NCBI RefSeq assembly: GCF_006345805.1
Contig: NC_043020.1
Location: forward strand, 17,608,001 to 17,672,000
Length of the DNA: 64,000 nt
Reading direction: 5' to 3'
Source: Octopus sinensis
Lineage: Eukaryota
The position numbers and the translations under genes were made by a program. Below the pieces are notes generated by a model that made no database searches, had not been told where the DNA came from, and saw only the letters and a program-made list of their open reading frames with translations. This document shows positions 1 to 13,035 of this stretch, in pieces. Each line of letters opens with the position of its first letter. Positions within the stretch are counted from its first letter, which is position 1.

Positions 1-40
1 TATATGTGTATGTATATGTGTGTGTGTATATGTGTATGTA

Positions 41-73
<33 letters not shown>

Positions 74-301
74 GTATGTATATGTGTGCGTATATATATA
101 TATATGTATATGTGTGCGTATATATATGTGTGTATATATGTATACATGTGTATGTGTATATGTATATATGTGTGTGTATATATATGTATGCAAATGTGTG
201 TATATATATATATGCATATGTGTGTGTGTATGTATATGTGTGTATGTGTGTGTATATATATGTATGTATGTGTGTGTGTGTATATATACCTATGTATATA
301 T
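1..301. repeat. Compound (TA)n/(TG)n microsatellite
   Basis: Pure AT/GT dinucleotide mosaic; it explains ORFs 4..303, 6..311 and 20..307. Confidence 0.95.
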
Positions 302-1361
302 AAGTAACTAAACAAACAAAAGCAACACACAAGCAACACTCGGATTTACTTCAGCAAGGCTGCTTGGTTTGTTGGGAACTGCAGTTAATTATGTAGATTT
401 TTAGCTAGACAGATAAAAGAATTAGTTCGCAGATACTGTTCCATGTCTCTGGAGAGGTAACACGTAGACAGATGGTAGAGCAAATATTCACCAAGAAATT
501 CAAGTTCCCAACAAACAGATGCTGCTACACACAGCTCAGTTCCAATTATTCCCAAGACAGTCGAAGGGAACTGAGGTGGGGGAAGATCTGGGGAAGAAAT
601 TGTGGCAGTCAAATTGTAGGATATTGATTGGCTTCTCGCTAAACATAACCTTTGACCTCATGTCCTATTGCAGATTTGTGTATGCTGTGTACCTGCATAG
701 GTGAGTTGGCAGGGGTGGGAAAGTGATTATCTTTTGTGCTTTGCTTGCTTCAGTCATTGGACTGTGGCCATGCTGGGGCACTTGCCTTCAAGGATTTAGT
801 CGAACCAATCAACTCTTTTTATCTTTTATTTGTTTCAGTCAATGGATTGCAGGCCATGCTGGGGCACCGCCTCAAAGAAATTTTAGCTGGGTGAATTGAC
901 CCCAATTCTTTTATTCTTTTACTTGTTTTCAGTCATTTGACCGCAGCCATGCTGGGGCACTGCCATGAAGGATTTTAGTCAAACAAATTGCCCCCAGGAC
1001 TTATCTCTTAAGCCTAGTACTTATTTTATTGATCTCTTTTGCTGAACCGTTCAGTTACACACACACACACATAAGCAAATCCACATACAAATCTTTGGTC
1101 AGACTGAGGCTATAGCAGAAGACACTTGTGCAAGGTGACATGCAGTGGGACTGAACCCAGAACCACGTGGGTGAGATGCAAACTTCTTACTACATCTGTG
1201 CCTATGTACTTACTTTTTTTTAAGTCAGTTATTTATTCTACCAGTCTCTTTTGCTGAAATTACTAAGCTACAGGTACATAAACAAACCAACACCGGTTGT
1301 CAAGTAGCTGTGGAGACATACACAAAAACACATGTGCATATATCCATATATACATACATAC

Positions 1362-1665
1362 ATGGGGGCGCAATGGCCCAGTGGCTAGGGCAGCGGACTT
1401 GCGGTTGTAGGATCGCGGTTTCGTTCCTAGACCGGGTGTTGTGAGTGCTTATTGAGCGAAAACACCTCAAGCTCCATGAGGCTCTGGCAGGGGCTGGTGG
1501 CGATCCCTGCTGTACTCTTTCACCACAACTTTCTCTCATTCTTTCTATTGGCCTGCTCGCTTAGCCAGCGGGGTGGTGTCATCAGAAGGCTAAAACAATG
1601 CGAAGCACATTGTGACCAGGAATGTGTAGCAACATCTGATAGCCTGGTTGGTCGCGGTGATCACA
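1362..1665 (+). mobile_element. tRNA-derived SINE (family 5)
   Basis: tRNA-like head GGGGGCGCAATGGCCCAGTGGCTAGGGCAGCGGACT...GGTTTCGTTCC with A-box and B-box-like motifs. Related fragments at ~7615-7700 and ~53010-53100. Confidence 0.7.
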
Positions 1666-2059
1666 TACATACATACATACATACATACACACATACAAGA
1701 AGTTTGCTTCCCAATCACATGGTTCCAGGCTCAGTCCTACTGTGTGGCCCTTGGGTAAGTGTCTTCTGCTATATCCTTGGGCAAACCAAAGCTCTGTGAG
1801 TGGATTTGGTAGATGGAAACTGAAAGAAGCCTATTGTATGTGTGCAGGTGTGTGTTTGTGTCTGCGTTTGGCCCACCACCACTGCTTGAAAACCTGTGTT
1901 GGTTTGTTTACATCCCTGTAACTTAGCAGTTTGGCAAAAATGCTCAATAAAATAAGCACCTGGCTTTAAAAAAAAATATGTACTCTGGTCAATTTATTTT
2001 ACTAAAACTTCTTCAAGGCAGTGCCCCAGCATGGCCACAATCTAATAAATGAAACAGAT

Positions 2060-2093
<34 letters not shown>

Positions 2094-2104
2094 TACACAC
2101 ACAT

Positions 2105-2146
<42 letters not shown>

Positions 2147-2675
2147 GGCTTCCATACTGTTTCCATCTACTGAATTCAATCAGAAGGCATTATTAGTCTG
2201 CCAAGGGTTATGGTAGAAGACATTTACCCAGAGTGCCAATCAGTGGGACTGAACCTAAAAATATGTAGTTGCAAAGCTAGCTCCTTAACCACATAGCCAA
2301 CAACGATGGTGGTGGTGGCGGTGAGTTGGATAATGATGATTGGGTGTGCTTTCTTTATGTGGCTCCTGGGGGTTTGCATGAACTCTGCAATTTTCACATT
2401 TCCTCTGCTGTCATGAATCCAAAGCTTCTCTACGTAATTAAGGAATTATTATTAAAACTACTACTGCTGTTTAAAACAAGGAGGAGATATTAGACAATTG
2501 AGTTCTAGTACAAAGAAAATGTTTTTTTAAATGGTGCGTTGGTCATGTCTGGATTGGCTTTGGTATTATAAGACCATACATATGTCTGCTCAGCACAAGA
2601 GAAATGACTTAAGAGTTATATGCTGTCAATTTTATGAGTGCCTCTGATTACTGTAGGGTGTTGCCTTCCTTCCAT

Positions 2676-2985
2676 CTACTACTACTACTACGACTACTAC
2701 TACTACCACCACCACTATTATTACTATCACCACCACCACTACCACCACTGCCACAACTACTGCTACTACTACTGCTATGATTACTACCACCACTGCTGCT
2801 GCAACTACTACTAGTGATGCTGTTGCTGCTACTACTACCACTACTAATATAACCACCACCACTACTGTGACTACTACCACTGCTATTATTACTACTACTA
2901 CTGTGACTACTAACACTACTATGACTACCACGACTGCTATTACTACTGCTGCTACTACTACTACTACTACTACTACTATTATTAT
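2676..2985. repeat. Degenerate (ACT/ACC/GCT)n trinucleotide repeat
   Basis: Cryptic triplet repeat that produces the poly-T, poly-S and poly-V ORFs. Confidence 0.9.
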
Positions 2986-3994
2986 GTAGCTCTAACATTT
3001 ATGCCAAAGGGAGAATTTTAATTGTTCCACAGTTTTGGTTTGGTTTTCAATGTTGGGTTTTTCCATTTATTACAAAAAAACCAAATCTATCTCTTCGCCC
3101 CCTGCCGGCTCCCTCTCTCTCTTCTGCCTCAACACTTCCATGTTGGGCATTTCGTACTATTTTTGGAAAGTTCAGACATTGAATTGACAAGGTATTGTAG
3201 CCTTTAGCTCTTTGGATCAAAGTTGGCACTTGTCACAGAAGATATAAACTTGGTTCTCACCCACAAACTCTCTTTCTTGCTTTCCTTCTCTATCTTTCTC
3301 TCTCTTTATCCTTTTTCACGACTTTTTATTATGTTTGTTTTTATTTTTTTCAAAACCTGATTCTTTTATGGTGAGAATTTAACTTTAGGAAGTCTCCCTC
3401 TTTTCCTCACCAATACACTCTCTCTCTCTCTCTCTCTCTCTCAATTGCATTCTCCCTTTGTCTTTTCTTGTTGCTTCCTCCCCTTCTCTCTCCTTGTCTG
3501 CATCCCACTCTCCTCTCTCTCCCTCCCTCCATTCTACTTCCTCTCTCTCTCTTAGAATTTATTAGATTTGAGAGCTGTTCCCACATGGAAGCTAGTTACC
3601 AAGAAATAACATTTGTTACCAAAATATTCCTTGCTCTATCTGTGCATCCTGTCTTCTAATGTTAAATGACTAAAACTACAAGAACCAACGTTTGTTCCCC
3701 CACACCACCCCCCTCCACCCTTGTTAACCGGCAACCTTTTGTTGTGCACCCCTCCCTCCCTCCATCCTCCTCCTCCTCTTGTCATCCACACTAGGTGTCA
3801 TTTCCTGGTCATGCATTATCATCCCTGGTACATTCCCATGAGCAAATATACAAAGGAGCCTCCTCTATGTTAGCTCAGTTGGCCAGAAATAACAGCCAAA
3901 TCTCTCACAAATCATACTCTAAAGCAGTGGTTCTCAACCAGTGTCCATATGACCCTTGGGAACCAATATGAGATTAATTGTTAAAATTTATGTG

Positions 3995-4430
3995 CAACAA
4001 GTAGCTTGCTTACCAGCCACATGGTTCCGGGTTCAGTCCCATTGTGTGCCACCTTGGGCAAGTGTCTTCTGCTATAGCCTTGGGCTGACCAAAGCCTTGT
4101 GAGTGGATTTGATAGACGAAAACTGAAAGAAGCCCATCGTATGTATGTATGTATGTATGTATATATATATATATATGTGTGTGTGTGCATATGTATATAT
4201 GTATATATATATGTGTGTGTGTGTAGACATTTGTGTGTCTGTGTTTGCCCCCAACATCACTTGACAACCGATGCTGCTGTGTTTACGTCCCCGTAACTTA
4301 GTGGTTTGGCAAAAGAAACTGATAGAATAAGTACTAGGCTTACAAAGAATAAGTCCTGGGGTCAATTTGCTCAACTAAAAGCAGTACTCCAGCATGGCCG
4401 CCGTCAAATGACTGTAATGAATAAAAGAAA
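3995..4430 (+). mobile_element. tRNA-derived SINE family 1 (internal (TA/TG)n)
   Basis: GGTTCCGGGTTCAGTCCCA B-box-like head, CCTTGGGCAAGTGTCTTCT core, internal microsatellite, 3' part ending ...CAAATGACTG. Further copies at ~930-1205(-), 1695-2060, 5020-5355, 5805-6155(-), 20025-20330, 37330-37620, 51300-51470, 56442-56600. Confidence 0.9.
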
Positions 4431-6441
4431 AATAAATTGCTTATGCTTCTACAATGCACAAAATATTTTAATTTCTTATACAATTTGTCATCGTCATTGT
4501 CACCATCATCATCACCAACATCAACATTTGACATCCATTTTCCATGCTGGCATAGGTTAGACGGCTTGACAGGAATTGGCAAGGCGAGAGGCCACACCAA
4601 GTTCCATAGTCTATTTTGGCATGATTTCTACAACCAGATGCCCTTCCTAATGCCAACCACTCCACAAAGTGTACTGGGTGCTTTTTATGTGGCACCATCA
4701 CCAGTGCTTTTTACATGATACCAGCACACACATCAATGCTTTTTACTTGGGACCTTGGTTTTAGGATCTCAATTCTGTTTGGTGGGCAGGTCTTCTTGAG
4801 TACAGCAATGCACCACTTATCTGAACTAATTGGCTGGTTGATTAATCAAACAACTGATTAGTTAATTTGCTAAGTGATTAATTAATTGACTGTAAGTAAT
4901 AAAAGATATGAAATAGAACCAGTGTGTGTGTTTATTATTGGCACAATGACCTCTCAAGATACAACAAAATCCAAATAAAATGTTTTGTTTCTTCACTTAG
5001 TTATAAGGCCTAGGTTGGGAGGGCATGGTTGTGTGGTAAGTTTGTTTCCCAACCACATGGCTCCAGGTTCAGTCCCACTGCATGTCATCTTGGGCAAGTG
5101 TCTTCCAATATAGCTTCAGGCTATCCAAAGCCTTGTGTGGATTTGGTAGGTGGAAACTGAAAGAAGCCCATCTTATATATGTGTGTGTGTGTATATTTGT
5201 GTCTGTGTTTGTCCCCCCACCACTGCTTGACAACCAGTGTTGGTGTGCTTACATCCCCATAACTTAACAGTTTGGCAGCAGAGAATAAGTACCAGGCTTA
5301 AAATAAATAAGTACTGTGACTGATTTTTTGTGTGACCTCAGCATGGCCATAGTCTAATGGTAGTGGCAGTGGTGGTGGTGTTAGTGTTGATGGTGGTGGT
5401 GACAAGCAGAGTGTATCTGGTCGTGTGATAATTTCACAGATGAAACAGATGTGGGATATCTCAGAAAGTATACATAGATTCCATTGCTTTCTCTGGACCC
5501 CATGGGAGGATTTTCCATAGACTTATGATGGTATGCAATGAAACAGCTGTCAAGCAAATGAGAACGAGAGTTTGAATTCAGTTGATGAAACTACTAGAAA
5601 TAGCAGCTAAGTCTCCTTCAAATTACATGCTACCATCTTAAAATAGGAAGGAGATGAAAAAGACAGGTTGATCATGACTGGGATAGCTGAATGGCCTTTG
5701 ATCATAGGTTTACTTGATCAGGGCTGACCTGGGGTTAAATACCCACTATTTCAGAAGGAATTTGAACTCCTCATTTCATATCTATTCAAATAGATATCTT
5801 GTTTCACTCATTAGACTGTGGCTATGCAGGGGCACAGCTTTGAAGAATTTTTAGCTGACTGAGTTGGCCCCAGGACTTGTTATTTTTCTTTGAGCCTGGT
5901 ACTTATTCTATCAGTCTCTTTTGCCAAACCACTAAGTTATGGGGACATAAATACACCAACAACAGTTGTCAGGCAATGGTGAGACAGACACACACATATG
6001 TATACAATGGGCTTCTTTCAGTTTCCATCAACCAAATCTGCTGAGAATAGCCTGAGGCTATTGTAGAAGACACTTGGCAAGGTGCCACGCAGTGGTACTG
6101 AACCCAGAACCATGTGTTTGGGATGCAAGTTTCTTATCACACAGTCATGCCTACGCCTATCTACATTAGATACACTAGATTGACTATTGATTTCACCTCA
6201 CCTCTCTCTATTTGTCTCTCTCAGTCTATCTTTCTCTTTCTCCTGCTCTCTCTCTTTCTATATATATAGTGCTGCCTAACTAGCACCCATGCCAGTGGCA
6301 CATGAAAAAACACCCACTATACTCTCGGAGTGGTTAGCGTTAGGAAGGGTATCCAGCTGTAGAAACCATGCCAAATCAGATTGGTGCGTGGTGCAGCCTC
6401 CTGGCTTATACACACATACATACATACATACATACATACAC

Positions 6442-6491
<50 letters not shown>

Positions 6492-6676
6492 GATAGATAT
6501 TCATACATGCATAAACACACATACACACACACTTATATGTGTGTGTATTTCTCTGAGTATTTCTATGTTGCTGTCTCTTTTTCTTCCCTCTATTTTATTT
6601 GGCTTACTCTTTCTGCCTGTCTCTCTCTCTCTGTATATGTGTGTGTGATCTCTTGAGCACCACCAGCAAAAATATT

Positions 6677-6850
6677 TTTTCCTCTGACTTCCCTTCTTGG
6701 GATCTTTCCTTCTCCTTGTTTCCGACGAAGAGCTCCACTCGAAACGTTAAACCCTCCTTCCCTTCTTTCCTGAGCGTCAATAATACTTTAATTGTTCCAC
6801 GTCCTCGCGTTGCTGTGTTTTTTTTTTCTGTGTTTTCTTGTTTGGATTAA

Positions 6851-6856
<6 letters not shown>
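6677..6856 (+). mobile_element. PLE pLTR-like 3' fragment, family B, ending in (TA)n
   Basis: Homologous to 31270-31440; carries a hammerhead fold; tail TTTGGATTA followed by (TA)n. Confidence 0.6.
6718..6752 (+). ncRNA. Minimal type I hammerhead ribozyme motif, family B (C4 core)
   Basis: GTTT-CCGACGA-A-GAG CTCCA CTC-GAAAC-GTT-AAAC. Stem I GUUU/AAAC, stem II GAG/CUC, loop-less palindromic stem III (AACGUU). Confidence 0.65.
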
Positions 6857-6889
<33 letters not shown>

Positions 6890-7288
6890 AATTGAGATAG
6901 GGGTTGTAAATAACATATATCCAATATACTGCTAGTGAAGTACCCAACAAAATTAATACATAAATGTTAATGATTGCGATGCAATCATTTCATTTACTGT
7001 ATTATATGGGCAAAGGTAAAATGATTTACCATAAATTACTAATACAAGATAAGAAAATGGAGAAATACATCTAAATCAAATATCAATTACCAGATAATAC
7101 TCAATCACATACTTTATTAAACCACCACATAAGAGACTGTAGGGTTACATATAAAAAGCAGAACAAATCAGTGTACATAAGGAATGTACATAAAAAAGTG
7201 TACATAAAAGAGTAATGTTGTATAATAAGTAGAATATATATAAAAGAGAATATAAATATAAGTAAATATAAATATAAGTATAAATTAG

Positions 7289-7412
7289 ATCTTACAGCTG
7301 TTTCGGCCATGTCGATAAGTATGTCTCATTTTACCAATATTAGCCTTATGGTTGGTCAATATATAGATATAAATGAGACATTTACAAAAATATCACAGGC
7401 CTCTTCGGAGAT
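7289..7412 (-). ncRNA. Type I hammerhead motif with extended loop II, family F (C4 core)
   Basis: Minus strand: ATCT-CCGAAGA-GGCC...GGCC-GAAAC-AGCT-GTA-AGAT. Stem III ACAGCUGU is palindromic; GUA site; 11-bp inner hairpin 7321-7331/7371-7381. Confidence 0.75.
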
Positions 7413-8765
7413 TATGTAATATAACTCAGTCTACATATATACCACATGGGTGTGGGTGCGTACCCACAATACAACATATATATATACATATGAGTGCATA
7501 TACTCACACTCCTATACATATAAAAATATACATTTACATAATGATATAAATAAATAATATAAATTAGTAAACATATATATGTGTTCCACACCCAATGTCT
7601 CAGCAGAAGATAATGGCAAACTTCTGCTTACTCTTTCACCACAACTTTCTCTCACTCTTTCCTTCTGCATCTAGCAGCTCACCTGTGACAGACTGGCGTC
7701 ATGTCCATGGCTCGAGAAGGAACAAACATATATATATATATACAATGAGCTCTACCAAATCCACTCACAAAGCTTTGGTTGGCTTAAAGCTATACTAGAA
7801 GGAACTTACCCAAGGTGCCATGCAGTGGGACTGAACCCAGAACCATGTGTCCGAGAAGCAAGTTTCTTACCACACAACCACACCTGTACCTATTATGCAG
7901 GTTTACATAGATGCATGCATACATACATACATACATACAAAATATATTTCATATGTGTGTGTATATATATATATATATTAAATAGAATACTTGGCCTGCT
8001 TGATCAGAGCTGACCTTGATCTAAACAATAGCAGAAAAATGAAAGAATTCATTGTATAATGTTGTCTTGGAATCTTTGTCTGAAATGAGATGGGATTGTG
8101 ATACAGCTGGAATGCTTTGATAATAGGTTTGTCTCATCAGCTCTGACCTGGGGTTAATCAACATAGTTTGGTGGTGGTGGTGGGTTGACTAACTCCCAGA
8201 AACATCTCAAAGGAGAGGGTGGCAGGTGGAGTAGTAATAAGTGCTTAGGTGACCTCTTTTGGTCGATTTATTTAACTAATACCTTCTATTGTAGACACAA
8301 GCAGTCATCTGTAATGAATATTGTATACACTGTATCTAAGGATTATGTATGTGTATATACATATATATATATATATATATCACCATCATCATCATGTATA
8401 CATAAAAATATATTACATGCACGTGTTTTCCTCTACAAATTTCCAAATATTTTCACGTGTTTATGCATATTTGTAATATTTTTGTTTTTATATCAAGTGT
8501 CCCATAAGCAAAACAGTATTTATTTAACACATTGAAGTTTCTATGCTGCCTTAGTAATGGGACACTTTATATATTTCTGTATGAACTTCCTAGAGCTGTT
8601 CTCCTTCTTAGGCAGTATTCTGAAACTATATATAGAGATAGTTGAACAGCAGGTCTGTTCAATAAGAAACCACCACCACTACCTATGCAAGTGTTTCAGC
8701 CCCTTAGCTCCTCACACTCTGAGGGGCTGAGGCTTGGGCTCTGTCCAAATCATGACTCTTAGATA

Positions 8766-8995
8766 CCTATTTCTTTACTACCCACAAGGGGCTAAACACA
8801 CAGAGGACAAACAAGGACAGACAAACGGATTAAGTCGATTATATGGACCCCAGTGTGTAACTGGTACTTAATTTATCGACCCTGAAAGGATGAAAGGCAA
8901 AGTTGACCTCGGCAGAATTTGAACTCAGAACGTAATGGTAGACGAAATACCGCTAAGCATTTTGCCTGGCGTACTAACAGTTCTGCCAGTTCGAT
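8766..8995 (-). mobile_element. tRNA-derived SINE family 2
   Basis: Minus-strand head ...CTGGCAGAA...GAGTTCAAATTC(T/C)GCCGAGGTCAAC, tail ...GTGGGTAGTAAAGAAATAGG. Other copies at 15183-15418(-), 29575-29801(-), 46468-46693(+), 50439-50671(-), 52754-52983(-). Confidence 0.9.
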
Positions 8996-10411
8996 GCCTT
9001 CATGACTCTTAGATACCACTCTACTGCCACATTTTCTGCTGCTGTTTGTCTGATCAGGTGTCTCTGGCCAAGTTACCTTGGATGTTGTAACCACTTTGGC
9101 CAGAGACACTAGTTCTATGTAGGATTAAGTTATGTCTTCTTAAGTTCACAGTCATTCCTCCTTGATCAGATCCAGTCAAAACTCTTTAGAAAGAGGTTGT
9201 GTGTGTGTGTGTGTATCATATTATTGTTTTTCTGTGTGTCTTGTGTTGAGTATCTTGCAGTGTGTGTCCTCACAGTAAATTTCTATAAACCATACTCCAT
9301 TCTATGTGTGGTTGCTTCGAATGATTGGTATATAACCCTAGGGCAACCGCAATTAAGCAGACCCATGGTCAAAGACTTTCCAACCATGACCATCCATTTT
9401 CTTTTTCAAACGTATCTATGACATTATCAAACATATCCCTTTTTTTCACATGGTACAATAAGATTGTAGGAAAAATATGCTATTATTTGCAATTCCGGCA
9501 ACAGTGTGGATGTTCCTGTGTCAGCCTGGATTTTGCTGCTATTTCTAGCAGTTTCAGTGACAGTATAAAGCAGCCATGAACAAACTGCTGCCTATTGGAC
9601 TTTCTGAATGACACCCAACAAAAAAAAATTATGTTGAATTGTTTTTTAATAGTGCAGCCCACCTTATGATGTGCCATGTCTCATGCTACCTACTTCTCAT
9701 AAAAGGTTGCTCATGCTCAATATAGAGGCACTTTTGTTTAGTTGTTAGCATGAAGAAATAGGATTAATTAAAGGACCTGTCAATATTGATTTATAACTCT
9801 GGTTTTTCCCCCAACCCAGCCTGACTTATTAACTGTTAATTTATTATTAATGCCAAAATGAAGGCTGTTTTCTTAACTGCAAAAATGAGCTAATAATTTA
9901 TTAAAACACTTTCCCCATCATAGGTATCTTTCATTTAAAGATAATGCCAGCTAGTTTTTGTCCTTGCAGGTGCATGAAGAGTACCAATAAGGTACTGGTC
10001 AAATCATCATCATCATTTAACATCTTTTTTCCATGCTGGCATGGATTGGATGGCTTGACAGGAAGTCAGCATCAACACCAGGTTCTATAGTCTGTTTTGG
10101 TTAGGATTCATCATCTCAATGCCCTTCTTAATGCCAACCACTTTACAGAGTGAATTGGATGCTTTTTATGTGGCTCCAGCACCAGTACTTTTCATGTGGC
10201 ACCAGCACTGGTGCTTTTCATGTGGCACTGGCACCGCCAGGGCTACCAAGTAACTTGCAAGACAAAAAGCCCACTCAGCTGGGAGGAAGGAGTAGTAGTT
10301 GAGTGTCTTGTAGAGTGGATACATGGGTGCTCTAGTTGTAAAACAAACAAGGGTGGGTTAGAGAGTAAGATAAAAAGAACATATATATTTCTCAATACAT
10401 CTACATCAATA

Positions 10412-10680
10412 TTCATCATCATCATAATCGTTTAACATCCTCTTTCCATGCTAGCATGGGTTGGACGATTTGACTGAGGACTGGCGAACCAGATGGCTGC
10501 ACAAGACTCCTATCTGATTTGGCAGAGTTTCTACAGCTGGATGCCCTTCCTAATGCCAACTACTCCGAGAGTGTAGTGGGTGCTTTTACATGCCACCGGC
10601 ACAAGAGCCAGTCAGGCGGTACTGGCAACGACCACGCTCAAATGGTGCTTTTTATGTGCTACCTGCTCAGGAGCCAGTCT
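10412..10680 (-). mobile_element. SINE-like family 3 with (GAT)n tail
   Basis: CATCATCAT...GTTTAAC...GCATGGGTTGGACG...GGATGCCCTTCCTAATGCCAAC. Copies at ~4490-4760, 10010-10230, 13240-13500, 20790-20970, 24420-24628, 39298-39465, 56890-57120, 57300-57480, 58745-58930, 60960-61150. Confidence 0.85.
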
Positions 10681-12381
10681 TTCCACTTCATCATCAACAC
10701 TTCTTAATGCAAGTGTCCTCATCCATGATTGGAACTTTATGCAACTCTCCTTATTCAGTAATTATTTTTAAAAATCAAAATAAGCTTTTTCTGTAGTACT
10801 ATATTCTCGTATCTCCATATTTTTTTATATCCTTGTAGTTGGATATATATATAATATAACGAAGCAAGGGGGAAAGAAAGTATTTACACAGCGCACTACT
10901 ATTAATATTACACGAGATTCAAAGGTCTATATCAACGGCTCACAGTGAACTGCTTGCTAACCTGAACGGCCAATCACTGATGGTTCTTCGTTTTATAGCA
11001 AGGAGTCAGTCCACCTTTAGTCACTTGGGTGGGGGGAATCGGAATCCTTTTCATATCTTATTCACTTTAGTTTGCAAGAGCATAAAAACATTTTCAGTCT
11101 TTGTGTCTGGTGATAAAGTCGATGCTCTGAATCCATGTGCTTCCACGTAAAATTTTCGATTGATTTCTGTTTGTAGGATAGTTTGTTACTTAAAGACTCT
11201 CAAAGCAACAAAGAAGCTTCTTTGTGGTTGCTTGACTTGCTGGAAATAGCAGCCAAATCTCTTAACAAAATAGTATTGGATAAGATAGAAAAGGAAGACA
11301 TGGGGTGGTCATGGTTTAATTAGATGATGAATGATAAGGTTGGGCACAGTCATGGGCAAACTGCAACCTGGTGGACTTACTGAATGGCATGCCTAACAGA
11401 AAATTATCTTGAAAATTTTTGTTTTTTAATAGTGTAGTCTGCCAGATAATGAACCATATCTCATGCAGTCCACTTCTTGCAAAAGGCTGTTCTACATAAT
11501 CCTATGATTTGCTGGAAATAGTAACCAAATCTCACTCAATTCAAAAACTACCCTCTTAAAAAATGAAGGACTTATTTGATAGTATAGTCTCAGAGATGCT
11601 CTCTGGGATTAAAAAAAATAAATGAAGGGTTAATTATGTCTGGGAAGTCTTTGATCATAGGGATACTCAGTTAGAGCTGACCTGGTCTAAACATGTTACA
11701 CGTGGTTGTACCGAAAACAACAAACCTGTCAGTTAGTCATATCTAATCATTAAATTGTTGCAGTCAGTTATAACAATTGTTATTTGCTCAGTTATAAATA
11801 ACAATCAGTTTCTCTCTCTAACATCAACCTCTTCTCATCTGTTTCTAGAGGCATCTCATTGCATTTGGTACTTAAGTACCACTTTTGGCAGCCCTTTTCT
11901 GTTTTTCTTTTTTTGTCACTTTTTTTTAATGTTCCTTTAAGTACCAACATTTGTAGGCTATAAATATCAGTTTACCATAAAATATATCATTTGATAGGCA
12001 ACCATTTCATATGATGTATATCTGTCCTACTTGACACACCAGTTCTAATCAATGTGTATAAAACCACTACCCTCACTCACTGATTTAAGATATCATCTTA
12101 TCTGAAGTACGTGACACACTTGCTACTACTATACAAAAGTACACTATCAACATAGGCTGCAATATATCGGGGGGGGTTGATTTATTGTGCTAATTGGTTA
12201 TTATTGGTCATTTCCCATATGTGTGGGACAGCATAGGGGTCACATGCAAATGCATTGGTTTTGAGAATTATCAGCCAATTTGTACCACTGCACATCTGTC
12301 TTTGCATTGCAGACAGACCCTTATCTTGGTTGCTTCTAGGATATGTAAAACTATTCATTGCATAATATAGGTATTTAGGTA

Positions 12382-13035
12382 TATCTGTGTGGTAAAAAGC
12401 TTGCTTCTCAACCACATAGTTCTGGGTTCAATCCCACTGCATGGTACCTTGGACAAGTGTCTTCAGCTCAAGCTGACCAAAATTTTTTGAGTGGATTTTG
12501 TAGATGGAAACTGAATGAAGCCTGTCATATACATGTGTGTGTCTTTGTGTCATATATGTTTGTTTGTCCTCTACCACCACTTGACAACTGATGTTGGTGT
12601 GTTTATGTCTCTGTAACTTAGTAGTTCAGCTGTGTAAAGGCATGGCTGTGTGGTTTGAAGCTTGCTTCCCAACCACATAGTTTTGAGTTCAGTCCCACTG
12701 CATGGTCCCTTGGACAAATGTCTTCTACTTGAGCTGACCAAAGCCTTGTGAGTGGATTTCATAGACAGAAACTGAAAGAATCCTGTCGTATATGCGTGCA
12801 TATCTTTGTGTATCTGTTTGTCCTCTACCACCACTTGACAACTGGTGTTGGTGTGTTTACATCCCCATAACTTAGTAGTTCAGCTATGCAAAGGCATGGC
12901 TGTGTAGCATGAAGCTCGCTTCCTAACCACATGGTTCCAGGTTGAGTCCCTCAGCATGGCACCTGTGGCAAGTGTCTTCTACTATAGCTTAGGACCAACC
13001 AAATCCTTGTGAGTGGATTTGGTAGCCAGAAACCT
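12382..13035 (+). repeat. Head-to-tail triplication of a family-1 SINE segment (~255 bp period)
   Basis: Three units starting ~12382, ~12640 and ~12894; units 2 and 3 both follow the junction CTTAGTAGTTCAGCT. Confidence 0.8.

Noticed and set aside
1362-1430. tRNA gene-like sequences (also at 17598 and in other SINE heads)
   Set aside because: They continue into SINE bodies, with no complete cloverleaf or Pol III terminator.
2632-2998. Poly-V, poly-S and poly-T ORFs resembling mucin or Ser-rich proteins
   Set aside because: They are translations of a triplet repeat in several frames, with no splice context.
10835-11200. Unique-looking block with a TATA-like GCTATAAAA and a ...ACA end on the minus strand, possibly a solo LTR
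   Set aside because: I could not define the other terminus, a target-site duplication or any protein motif.
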